From Simkaniaceae bacterium (GTDB lineage: Bacteria; Chlamydiota; Chlamydiia; Chlamydiales; Simkaniaceae): 45,453 nt of DNA. Under the pieces are notes generated by a model. The model saw only the letters and a list, made by a program, of their open reading frames with translations. It searched no databases and was not told the DNA's origin. The position numbers were made by a program, and so were the translations under genes. The stretch is from NCBI GenBank assembly GCA_050248615.1, contig JBFWSA010000019.1, forward strand, positions 1 to 45,453, written 5' to 3'. This document shows positions 29,959-38,612 of the stretch, piece after piece. The first letter of the stretch is position 1. Each line of letters starts with the position of its first letter.

Positions 29959-30238
29959 TCCCTAGCACCTTCTCTGTATCGGGGGCGAAAGACTTCACTT
30001 CGGGCTTGCCTTCCTCATTTAAGACAAGTTCGCCACTTCTGTTTTTGATGAGAGTTTGAATTTTTTGCTCAGCTCGGGAGAGTTTGGATCCGCAAAGGGT
30101 AATCAAATGATCTGCTTCTTCATAAAGCTCTAGGGATTTTTCGAGAGGAGTTTCTCCATTACTTAGCTCATTTAAAATAGCTTCTAAGCGGACATAAGCC
30201 TCTTCAAAAGAAAAGTTTTTATCAGGTGTTTCCATCAT
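29942..30238 (-). CDS. xseB: Exodeoxyribonuclease VII small subunit
   Basis: [16 protein letters not shown]...[10 protein letters not shown]; downstream of xseA. Confidence 0.93.
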   Translation of the reverse strand: MMETPDKNFSFEEAYVRLEAILNELSNGETPLEKSLELYEEADHLITLCGSKLSRAEQKIQTLIKNRSGELVLNEEGKPEVKSFAPDTEKVLGSELHT

Positions 30239-31706
30239 CTCTAGAGACCTCCTCGATACGTGTCAACGCGCTCCCATCATGAAATCGAAGAGAAATTCTC
30301 ATCCCTTCTTTTAGAGCGCGAGTTCCGAGCATAACCGAATGATCTTTTTCCGCAAAGGGAATGCAGTATCCTTTTTGGAGAATATTTTCCGGATTCACAG
30401 CTTTTAAATGCTCCATTAAGTGATGAAGCTCTCTCTTTTTTTTCTCATGGAGTTTGCGTGTCATTTGAAGGATTAGCCCTTTTAAATCTCGAGAGTAAAA
30501 ACGCCCTTTCTTTTTTTCTACCAAATTTTTTTGAGCCGTATCTAAAGTCGCTGTGAGCATCTGAATTTTTCCTTTAAAGCCCTTTAAGGAGTAATCCATA
30601 GACTCTTTCAAAGAGCGGCCATAGGATCTTAATTCTGTTTTGATCTGCTCGAGTTGCGTGGCAGGTTGAAGTCCCTGAAGCTGTTTTTTAAGCCCAGCTA
30701 AGTGAAGCTCTTGCGTTCCTACACGCTCTTTCATACACCGATCCAAATCTTCAGAAAGATCATCCATTTTTTGGAAATGCTCTGCTAAAAGAGTATAAGG
30801 TGAGGCAAAAAGGGGATGACGCGTGATCCCCTCTAGAAGCGCTTGAGAGTGTTTAAAGGTCTGCCTAAGGCACTGCTCTATCCGTCTCTCAGCTTGGAGC
30901 AAAAAGTCCCTTTGCGTCGAGAGTTCACGGACAGAAATCTCAGCTGCTGCAGAAGGAGTGGGGGCGCGCACGTCTGCAACACAATCGGCAAGGGTCACAT
31001 CTGTTTCATGTCCAACAGCAGAAACGATCGGAATGTTTGACCGAAAAATGGCTTCAGCCACCACACGCTCATTAAAAGGCCAGAGATCTTCTAAGCTCCC
31101 TCCTCCTCTTCCCACAATCAAAATATCGGCTAACGCATGGGTATTAAAAGCTTCAATGGCCGCTGCAATCTCTTCTGCTGCTCCTTGACCTTGGACCCGA
31201 ACGGGATTGAGGATCAAGTGAAATTGGGGAAAGCGCCTTTTCAGGACGTGAATAATATCTTGAATCACAGACCCACTAGGGCTGGTAACCACTCCAATTG
31301 TTTTCGGGTATTTGGGTAGCGTTTTTTTTAGCTCGGGATTTAGCCATCCCTTTATTTTCAGCTCTTCTTTTAAAGCGTGGAGTTTGAGTAAGAGTTCTCC
31401 CACTCCTGCATGTTTGAGTTCTCGAACAATAATTTGATAACTCCCTCGGGGAGCATAGAGATTGAGCTCTCCCTGTACAATCACTTGGTCTCCTGCTTTC
31501 GGCATCTGAGCAAGTTGACGTGCATTGCCTTTAAAAAGGACAGCAGAAATTTGAGCTTCCTGATCTTTTAAACTAAAGTAAAGATGACCCGATGCCTGGT
31601 AGCGCAAGTTGGTCACCTCTCCTTTAACTTGGAGATGAGAAAACGGGGGCTCAAGCGTCTTTTTGATCGCTTGGGTAAGTTCTGTTACAGTAAAAATTGT
31701 CATCAA
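30222..31706 (-). CDS. xseA: Exodeoxyribonuclease VII large subunit
   Basis: Motifs SGHLYFSLKD, GRGGGSLEDLWPFN, SAVGHETD and RAPTPSAAAE. Confidence 0.96.
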   Translation of the reverse strand: MMTIFTVTELTQAIKKTLEPPFSHLQVKGEVTNLRYQASGHLYFSLKDQEAQISAVLFKGNARQLAQMPKAGDQVIVQGELNLYAPRGSYQIIVRELKHAGVGELLLKLHALKEELKIKGWLNPELKKTLPKYPKTIGVVTSPSGSVIQDIIHVLKRRFPQFHLILNPVRVQGQGAAEEIAAAIEAFNTHALADILIVGRGGGSLEDLWPFNERVVAEAIFRSNIPIVSAVGHETDVTLADCVADVRAPTPSAAAEISVRELSTQRDFLLQAERRIEQCLRQTFKHSQALLEGITRHPLFASPYTLLAEHFQKMDDLSEDLDRCMKERVGTQELHLAGLKKQLQGLQPATQLEQIKTELRSYGRSLKESMDYSLKGFKGKIQMLTATLDTAQKNLVEKKKGRFYSRDLKGLILQMTRKLHEKKKRELHHLMEHLKAVNPENILQKGYCIPFAEKDHSVMLGTRALKEGMRISLRFHDGSALTRIEEVSRDDGNT

Positions 31707-31782
31707 ACCAAAATTTTATGCGAAATAGGGATCAAAATTCAAGCTGGATAGATAAGAAAAAAAATGTTATGCTCATGCGGAT

Positions 31783-32559
31783 ATGAATAAGACAAAAAGG
31801 TTAACTTACATCTTGGGAAACTGGAAGATGCATATGGGTGCAAGGGAAACCGAGCTGTTTGTGCAAACCCTTCTTCCGGAGCTCACTGAGACCTCCTGTA
31901 TTGTGGGACTCGCTCCTCCGTTTACCTCTATAGAAATAGCTGCCAAATCGGCTGCAGGAAGCCTTTTGCGCATTGGGGCGCAGAACATGAGCGAATATCC
32001 TAGGGGAGCTTATACGGGAGAAATCTCTTCTGTGATGCTCAAAGAAGCGGGGGCTCAGTTTGTATTGCTAGGTCACTCCGAGCGTCGCTTGCATTTTCAT
32101 GAAGATGACTCAATGATTCACCGTAAGGTAAAATGGGCCCTTGAAGAGAGGCTTATGCCCGTTCTCTGCATTGGAGAAACGCAAGAAGAGCGCGATAAAG
32201 AAATGACAGAAAAAGTGCTCACACGTCAATTAGGAGAAGCGCTGCGGGGTTTTTCTGAGAAGGAGCTATTGAAAATCCTCATTGCCTATGAGCCTGTTTG
32301 GGCCATCGGCACCGGAAAGACCGCCACCCCTGAGATGGCTCAAGAAACCCACCACCTATGTCGCACCTATCTCTCCCATCATTGGAAGGGGGAAGTAGCC
32401 CAAAAAATTCCCATTCTTTATGGAGGATCGGTGAAGCCTGATAATACAGCAGCTTTGATGAAGCAGCCAGATATTGATGGGGCTTTAGTTGGAGGAGCTT
32501 CCTTAGACGTAGCCTCCTTTACCCAAATTATTAAAAATGCACAGGAACATCTAAAATGA
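31783..32559 (+). CDS. tpiA: Triosephosphate isomerase
   Basis: Motifs GNWKM, GHSERR, AYEPVWAIGTG and YGGSVKP. Confidence 0.98.
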   Translation: MNKTKRLTYILGNWKMHMGARETELFVQTLLPELTETSCIVGLAPPFTSIEIAAKSAAGSLLRIGAQNMSEYPRGAYTGEISSVMLKEAGAQFVLLGHSERRLHFHEDDSMIHRKVKWALEERLMPVLCIGETQEERDKEMTEKVLTRQLGEALRGFSEKELLKILIAYEPVWAIGTGKTATPEMAQETHHLCRTYLSHHWKGEVAQKIPILYGGSVKPDNTAALMKQPDIDGALVGGASLDVASFTQIIKNAQEHLK

Positions 32560-32849
32560 CCGCATTCTTTTATATATTTCTCTTTTTGTTTTTAGGGCTT
32601 TGCGCTCTCCTTTGTTTTGTGATCTTGATTCAAGAAAGCAAAAGCTTGGGATTAGGAGCCTCTTTTGGAGGAGATGCTGGAGACTCTCTATTTGGGACCT
32701 CGACAGCTGCTGTTTTGAAAAAATTCACTGCTTACCTTGCAGGAATTTTCCTGGTTGTGTGTTTGATTCTTTCTCTTTGGTCTTCAGCAATGGGTCGAAC
32801 CAAAACAGGCATTCCTTCCGTCAATATTGAGGAGGTCAGTGGCGGCTAA
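32556..32849 (+). CDS. secG: Preprotein translocase subunit SecG
   Basis: Two TM segments with ILIQESKSLGLGASFGG..SLFG; follows tpiA. Confidence 0.9.
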   Translation: MTAFFYIFLFLFLGLCALLCFVILIQESKSLGLGASFGGDAGDSLFGTSTAAVLKKFTAYLAGIFLVVCLILSLWSSAMGRTKTGIPSVNIEEVSGG

Positions 32850-33388
32850 TGATTAAAGGACTGATCTACTATGGCCACCCGGGTCTCAGAAAAAAATGTG
32901 TTGAGGTTGAATCAATTACCGATGCTATCCGTCAACTAGCTCAAGACCTGATTGAATCGGTTTTAGATCAGGATGGAGCAGGCCTTGCTGCCCCCCAAAT
33001 CGGCTACTATGTCCGCATGTTTGTCACAAGATACGATAATGGGATGGATGGGGAAGGCTGGCCGATTTTTTGCCCCCCTAAAATCTATATCAATCCTAAA
33101 CTGTCCAAGCCTTCCAACGAGATCATTACCCATGGAGAGGGGTGTCTTTCCATCCCGGGGATCTATGAAAAAGTGGGTCGCCCAGCTTCCATCCATGTAG
33201 AGGCGATGGATTTAGATGGAAATATTTTTACAGAAGAGTCGACTGGGTGGCGAGCTCGGAACATCATGCATGAGAATGACCACCTCAATGGGGTTCTTTT
33301 CATCGACCGGATTCACCCCAATCGCCGGAAAAAGATCGAATCCCATCTCCAAGCCCTCAAAAAAAAATATAACACTCCTCACGATTAA
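32849..33388 (+). CDS. def: Peptide deformylase
   Basis: Motifs GAGLAAPQIG, EGCLSIP and HENDHLNG. Confidence 0.97.
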   Translation: MIKGLIYYGHPGLRKKCVEVESITDAIRQLAQDLIESVLDQDGAGLAAPQIGYYVRMFVTRYDNGMDGEGWPIFCPPKIYINPKLSKPSNEIITHGEGCLSIPGIYEKVGRPASIHVEAMDLDGNIFTEESTGWRARNIMHENDHLNGVLFIDRIHPNRRKKIESHLQALKKKYNTPHD

Positions 33389-33528
33389 TACTTTGAAGAA
33401 GTGAGTCCTAGGAGGAAAGTTCAAGGCCCTGATGCAGGCAACCCTGCTAAGGGTTGTCGAAGCAAGGCAACATGGAAATTTCCCCTAGGAACAAATTAAG
33501 CAACAAATTTTAATGCGTTAGCCCTGTT
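33370..33528. mobile_element. Degenerate palindromic element F, overlapping the 3' end of def
   Basis: Nested pairings AACACTCCTCACGATTAATACTTTG / CAAATTTTAATGCGTTAGCCCTGTT (imperfect), TCCTAGGAGGAAAGTTC / GAAATTTCCCCTAGGA, and core GCAACCCT-GCTA-AGGGTTGT. About 159 bp; boundaries approximate. Confidence 0.6.
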
Positions 33529-33615
33529 TTTTGAATAGATTTCCTAGTATTTATTCTTTAGATTCGCTAAACTGTCCCCCAGACTATTGAAGTAAGAAAC
33601 TTTGGGGATATATTT

Positions 33616-34107
33616 ATGGGTATACTTTGTTTACCTTGTAAAGCCATTTGTAATGGCTTAAGTTCAGGAATTTGGGCCTGGGGAATGGGCGTGACGGGGA
33701 TTGCAGAAAGTGTTGCCAAAACAACAGCGCCGCTCTTTCAAGAAGCCTTCTATTATGGAGCTCTTAATGGAGCTATCAGCACGATTGTAGATACTGTTTC
33801 AAATAATATTAAAGAAAGAGTCATTGCTCATGACAATATCGTAGCAGATAATGCTTGGGATTTAACGAAAACCCTCTTGCTCATTGTCTCAAGATACGGA
33901 ACGGCTTATCTTTGCAACCAAACCCTGGGAACAAAAATTACGAATAGCTATGTCCATATCGGAACAGCGATCAAGTCAGGATTCGCACTTTGTGGTACAG
34001 CTTGGGCTGTTGCTGCTGGAACAACGCCGAGAATTCAACAGGAACATGCAAGACAGCAGCTCGAACAGTTATTTGGTCGCGGTGGTGGTCAAAATCTATT
34101 TGACTAA
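33616..34107 (+). CDS. Small hydrophobic protein, tandem family member 1
   Basis: 163 aa; nearly identical to 34264-34755. Confidence 0.85.
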   Translation: MGILCLPCKAICNGLSSGIWAWGMGVTGIAESVAKTTAPLFQEAFYYGALNGAISTIVDTVSNNIKERVIAHDNIVADNAWDLTKTLLLIVSRYGTAYLCNQTLGTKITNSYVHIGTAIKSGFALCGTAWAVAAGTTPRIQQEHARQQLEQLFGRGGGQNLFD

Positions 34108-34127
34108 GCCTTGGGTTCTTTAAGGAA

Positions 34128-34162
34128 ATCAAGAGAGGAGTCCCCCTCTCTTGATCTTTTTT
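34128..34162 (+). terminator. Intrinsic terminator
   Basis: ATCAAGAGAGG / CCTCTCTTGAT stem followed by CTTTTTT. Confidence 0.75.
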
Positions 34163-34263
34163 CTCCCTGTGAATAATTTCTTTACAACTTAAGAGTTGTA
34201 TTTTTTCTTTAGATTTTCCAAAATATTACCTTATGTTTTTCTAAAAAATTTATGGAGGAAAAA

Positions 34264-34755
34264 ATGGGTATACTTTGCTTACCTTGTAAAGCCATTTGTA
34301 ATGGCTTAAGTTCAGGAATTTGGGCCTGGGGAATGGGCGTGACGGGGATTGCGGAAAGTGTTGCCAAAACAACAGCGCCGCTCTTTCAAGAAGCTTTCTA
34401 TTATGGAGCTCTTAATGGAGCTATCAGCACGATTGTAGATACTGTTTCAGATAATATTAAAGAAAGAGTCATTGCTCATGACAATATCGTAGCAGATAAT
34501 GTTTGGGATTTAACGAAAACCCTCTTGCTCATTGTCTCAAGATACGGAACGGCTTATCTTTGCAACCAAACCCTGGGAACAAAAATTACGAATAGCTATG
34601 TCCATATCGGAACAGCGATCAAGTCAGGATTCGCACTTTGTGGTACAGCTTGGGCTGTTGCTGCTGGAACAACGCCTAGAATTCAACAGGAGCGTGCCAG
34701 AGAACAGCTCCGTAGGATTTTGGGTAATGGCGGTGGTGAAGATTTTTTTGACTAA
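34264..34755 (+). CDS. Small hydrophobic protein, tandem family member 2
   Basis: GGAGG RBS at 34254 places the start at 34264, giving 163 aa like member 1. Confidence 0.85.
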   Translation: MGILCLPCKAICNGLSSGIWAWGMGVTGIAESVAKTTAPLFQEAFYYGALNGAISTIVDTVSDNIKERVIAHDNIVADNVWDLTKTLLLIVSRYGTAYLCNQTLGTKITNSYVHIGTAIKSGFALCGTAWAVAAGTTPRIQQERAREQLRRILGNGGGEDFFD

Positions 34756-34774
34756 GCCTTTGATTCCGTTGCTT

Positions 34775-34811
34775 TTCTACTCAAACAGCTTTTGAAGTTG
34801 TTTGAGTAGAA
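34775..34811. repeat. Collapsed remnant of a B-type element (termini only)
   Basis: TTCTACTCAAACAGCTT-TTG-AAGTTGTTTGAGTAGAA. The right part is identical to the B2 right terminus (CTTTTGAAGTTGTTTGAGTA). Confidence 0.75.
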
Positions 34812-34941
34812 CTTAATAAAGTCAACTTCTCTCTTGCATACATTGCTATCCATACAAATCTTTCATTCAATCCTTAAAATTTTAAACTGAATCGACTATA
34901 GGATGAACTTATATTTTTAACAAAAAATTTATGGAGGAAAA

Positions 34942-35137
34942 ATGGGGATGTTTTGTTTACCTTGTAATGCTCTTTTTCAAGGGGTAGGTTCGGGGATTTG
35001 GGCTTGGACAATGGGATACTACGGGTGCTGCGGCAAAAACGTGGAAAACAACGGCACCGCTGTTTCAAGAAGCCTTTCAACCATTTGAAGCTATTGCAAA
35101 AGTCATTCTATTCATCTCAATGAAAGCGTTTTTGTAA
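34942..35137 (+). pseudogene. Frameshifted, truncated third member of the tandem family
   Basis: Same leader as member 2 (AAAAAATTTATGGAGGAAAAATGGG). Reads MGMFCLPCNALFQGVGSGIWAWTMG, then a +1 frameshift, then TTGAAAKTWKTTAPLFQEAF, after which homology ends. Confidence 0.8.
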
Positions 35138-35350
35138 TGGTCTCAATTTGCCAAATTATGGTTAACACTAGTTATTGTTTAGGAGTTTAAATCATTAATT
35201 TTAAAAATTATTTATTATATATTTATTTCGATATAAAGATCTATTCTTAATCGGATTGTGTTAATAATAATTTTAATTTTTTTTCTCTTTGCATAAATTG
35301 AAGTTTAGTCTATGATTTCCACCGAAAAATAGCAATTAGGATAGGAAATC

Positions 35351-35788
35351 ATGGCAATCATTTCGCAGGTTTTACCTTGTTTGTGGGGAGGCTTTGTCGG
35401 TGGAATTTACAATACCATCGGAGGGGTCGCTCAAGATGTTTCTGCTATTGCAGTGCCTACGTTTAAACAAGGTTTTGCTTTGGGTGCAATGGCGGGGATG
35501 ATGAGTAAGATCGTCTATACACGCACAGAACAAATTAAGCATACCCATAAAGAGAAGATTAACGATGATCCCTTGATTTTGGCGGCTTCTCATGTAGCAG
35601 CCTACGGATTGATGGTCATGAGTTGGCATGTGGCTCGTTACATGGCAAATGAGTATTTGGATTTTCAAATCTCTAAGCGCACAGCGGTTGTAATGACGAT
35701 AGCTCAGGTTGTGATGGGAATTCCTGCTGTGGCCCTTTGGACATTGACGTCCCTACCTAATGAACGTGATCCCCACGATATGTGGTGA
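35351..35788 (+). CDS. Small hydrophobic protein, divergent family member 4
   Basis: LPC..GGIY..GVAQDVSAIAVPTFKQGFALGAMAGMMSKIV aligns by eye with members 1-2. Upstream TTGCAT-N16-TATGAT. Confidence 0.75.
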   Translation: MAIISQVLPCLWGGFVGGIYNTIGGVAQDVSAIAVPTFKQGFALGAMAGMMSKIVYTRTEQIKHTHKEKINDDPLILAASHVAAYGLMVMSWHVARYMANEYLDFQISKRTAVVMTIAQVVMGIPAVALWTLTSLPNERDPHDMW

Positions 35789-35813
35789 CCCCTTAATATG
35801 GAGATTTAATAAA

Positions 35814-36317
35814 ATGGCTTTTTTAATGTCTGCAGTTCCTCATGGCTATGGATCAGGAATGCTAGCGAGTTTTATGCGTGGGGGTTTAGGTCAGGTCGCT
35901 CTAAAAGGAGCTGTTGCTCCCACATTTGGTTCTGCGTTTATTTACGGAGCCTCCTGTTGCCTAGCTGGCCGCGCTATTGAGTATATCGGGAAAGAAGTGT
36001 GTGATCGCTATCAGCTAGGGGAAAAAGAAACCCTTATTTTGACTGTAGGTGTTATCGCCCTGAAAATGCTATCAGCTTATCAAGTGAGCGAACGGCTGGG
36101 GCCTGTCTTTGATATTGAAGTGCCGACGAATTATATCCATTTTGAAAATGCTCTTTATCTTGCCTCTATTCTCGAAGTGGATTTTGATATGACGGTAAAT
36201 CGGGTGAATAACCGCATATGGACAAGTGCTGCTGATAACCGTCTCCATACGCAGGCTTATGCTTTTATCCAAGTCATCCAGGAACACTTAGGCCCTCTTA
36301 TGCGTGGAGAGCTTTAA
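35814..36317 (+). CDS. Small hydrophobic protein, divergent family member 5
   Basis: Start at MAFLM after a GGAG RBS. APTFGSAFIYGA corresponds to APLFQEAFYYGA, and PTNYIHFE to TNSYVHIG. Confidence 0.7.
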   Translation: MAFLMSAVPHGYGSGMLASFMRGGLGQVALKGAVAPTFGSAFIYGASCCLAGRAIEYIGKEVCDRYQLGEKETLILTVGVIALKMLSAYQVSERLGPVFDIEVPTNYIHFENALYLASILEVDFDMTVNRVNNRIWTSAADNRLHTQAYAFIQVIQEHLGPLMRGEL

Positions 36318-36318
36318 T

Positions 36319-38406
36319 CTACTTCTTCACTAAGGACATGCCAAAGGCAAACCGGTCGTTTTTCTTCTTAGGGGCTGGTGAGTGCACAAACGTGATTCTT
36401 AGCTTCCAGCTCGTACTGATCATCGTGATTAAATCCACCTTTGCTTCGTTGTAATTAGGCTCTCCTCCCCGTCCCCATCCAATATGAGACTCTAACCTAG
36501 CGATCCATTGGGGAGCTAGCTTGATTTGCAAGCGCGACAGGAGGGTGTTGCGCCCATCTGAAAGAGGGGAGTGGAGGAGCTCGGGGATCGGACGTGTCAC
36601 TTCCATGATAAAATTGTCAGGATCATCTTTTCTCCAGTCAAAACGGCTACGGTGGCGAAACTCTGACTTGAAAGCAAAGTTCTCATTGATTGTCCAGGCC
36701 AGGGCGATATTCGCATAATCGAGCACTTGCTCTTCGATATTCCATCCTAAACGGCTACTGAGCTTCCAAGAGGGGAAGCTCCAAATCAGGTTTCCTTGCA
36801 ATTTCGGGACGACCTTCTGGAATGTCTCTGCCCCAAAAAAACTATAAGCATACAGATCAATGAGGATATTGGGCTCAAAGAGGGGGGAGTTTTTGGTATA
36901 AAAGAGGTTACGGATTCCTGTTTTCAAGAGATTGAGGCGGTTGAATCCATCTTGCAGGCTAAAGATATAGGGAGAGTCAGGAGAGGCTGTGGGGTAGGTG
37001 AGACCTTGATAAGCAGCGTAGGGTTGGAGAACATGGCGCATTTTGGGGTAATGGCGTTTAAGGGTGAGGTCTAAGAGGAGTTGGTAATTAACAACCGCTT
37101 GCCCTACGGGATGATCTTTTTGACTATCGCTATAAAAAATTCCCTCAAAGGCAATCAGAGGTGTTAAGGTGAACCCCTTACGGGTGAAGGGGCGGTAGAG
37201 TTCATTGTGAGTCGAAAAGCGCGAGCTTCCATAATCCGGGACACCGGGTTCAATGTCCTTGGCAGAAACATAGTCTAGATAAGCTACTTGGAGACGATTT
37301 TGTGTGATGATCCCAGAGTTTCCAATCTCAAAAGGTTTCGGGGTCCAAAAAGTTTCGGGCAATTCTTGCCGCATCCCTTGAAAAGAGTTGATCCGAAATT
37401 TCCCATTGATCCCCAAAATCATCCAATCCTGATAACTTCGCATCTCAACACGCGTTTGTTTTGCGGTATTGAGCTCAAACTCATCACTCGTAAAGTCGGT
37501 CTGCATGTTTTTATCGCTAAGCCAATCGTAGGTAGCAATGAGGTGAGAGGTTCCTTTTTCGTTATGGGCTTTATAAAGTCCTTGTAAGCGGTAGTGGGTT
37601 CGGGATTTATCGGAATTCGTGTCGCGATAAAAAGCATCATGATCGATATAACTGCGCGTTAAAAACTGTGTCCGTTTATTTAATGCGTGATAGTCGGACT
37701 CTAGCGCTGCTCCAGCCCCTTTGGAAGGGCGGACATTGAGACGGAAAAAGAGGTCTAATTTTTCCCAAGAATAGATCCGGTAGCGCATATCCAATTTGGG
37801 CCAGAGCCCCTTATCCCAATCTACGCTATAGCGAACGGGAGATTCCGTCAGTCCCTTAAGATTACTTTTAAAAGAGGGAAGCCAGAAAATGGGGGTATCC
37901 ATAAAACGGAACGTCACATTTTTTGCAGCCAGTAAATTGCGCTTGGTGATTTCTACCTCACGGGAATGGATTTTCCAATCAGCTTTTTGACTCTCGCTTG
38001 TTGTGATGAAAGCGTTATAGAGATAAAAGCTCCGGTCAGAATTGAGACGGATTTTTTCCCCACCTAAAAACCAGAGGTCAATGGCTGTCACCCCATTATA
38101 AACAATTCCTGTCTTAGTAATGAAGTCATATTCTAACCGCCTTCCCACATAGGTGCGCCCCCCATTATCTAACATGAGATCTCCTTCAGCAATCACCCGG
38201 TGGATGGTTTCTCCCTTTTCTACTTTATTAATATAGACAATGTGATGGGCTTGGATCCGAAGTTCAGGGGAAGTGATGACTCCTCCTTGATTTGTAGAGA
38301 TCACTCCATCTCGATATTCGGGATCTTTTAAATTCACAGTAAATGGCTGCTGCGCTCCCCAAAGAGGAAAGGACAAAAGGAATAAAAATAGGGGTAAGAG
38401 GCGCAT
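36319..38406 (-). CDS. Outer-membrane LptD/OstA-like protein
   Basis: Signal peptide; N-terminal jellyroll-like region (GRRLEYDF..TG, NAFITT, WKIHSREV, PIFWLP); beta-strand-rich C-terminal part. Confidence 0.7.
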   Translation of the reverse strand: MRLLPLFLFLLSFPLWGAQQPFTVNLKDPEYRDGVISTNQGGVITSPELRIQAHHIVYINKVEKGETIHRVIAEGDLMLDNGGRTYVGRRLEYDFITKTGIVYNGVTAIDLWFLGGEKIRLNSDRSFYLYNAFITTSESQKADWKIHSREVEITKRNLLAAKNVTFRFMDTPIFWLPSFKSNLKGLTESPVRYSVDWDKGLWPKLDMRYRIYSWEKLDLFFRLNVRPSKGAGAALESDYHALNKRTQFLTRSYIDHDAFYRDTNSDKSRTHYRLQGLYKAHNEKGTSHLIATYDWLSDKNMQTDFTSDEFELNTAKQTRVEMRSYQDWMILGINGKFRINSFQGMRQELPETFWTPKPFEIGNSGIITQNRLQVAYLDYVSAKDIEPGVPDYGSSRFSTHNELYRPFTRKGFTLTPLIAFEGIFYSDSQKDHPVGQAVVNYQLLLDLTLKRHYPKMRHVLQPYAAYQGLTYPTASPDSPYIFSLQDGFNRLNLLKTGIRNLFYTKNSPLFEPNILIDLYAYSFFGAETFQKVVPKLQGNLIWSFPSWKLSSRLGWNIEEQVLDYANIALAWTINENFAFKSEFRHRSRFDWRKDDPDNFIMEVTRPIPELLHSPLSDGRNTLLSRLQIKLAPQWIARLESHIGWGRGGEPNYNEAKVDLITMISTSWKLRITFVHSPAPKKKNDRFAFGMSLVKK

Positions 38407-38448
38407 CGTATTATTTTGTGCTCATTTTCACAGCGAAGAGTATACCTT

Positions 38449-38612
38449 ATACCATTTCTGAAAAATAAAGTCATATTTGACTATGTCGGCTTAGCAACAA
38501 ATTTTTATTCTTCGCTTGCGCCTTGCCGCTGGGCAATAGTCGCTCACTCCAGACATAAAAATTTATGCTGCCTTCTTGTCAAATTCATGATTTTATTTTT
38601 CAGAAATGGTAT
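38449..38612. mobile_element. Palindromic element G, abutting the stop codon of the HEAT-repeat gene
   Basis: Perfect 21-bp TIR ATACCATTTCTGAAAAATAAA, inner arms AAATTTTTAT / ATAAAAATTT, and core GCGCCTTGCC-GCTG-GGCAATAGTCGC. Confidence 0.88.
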
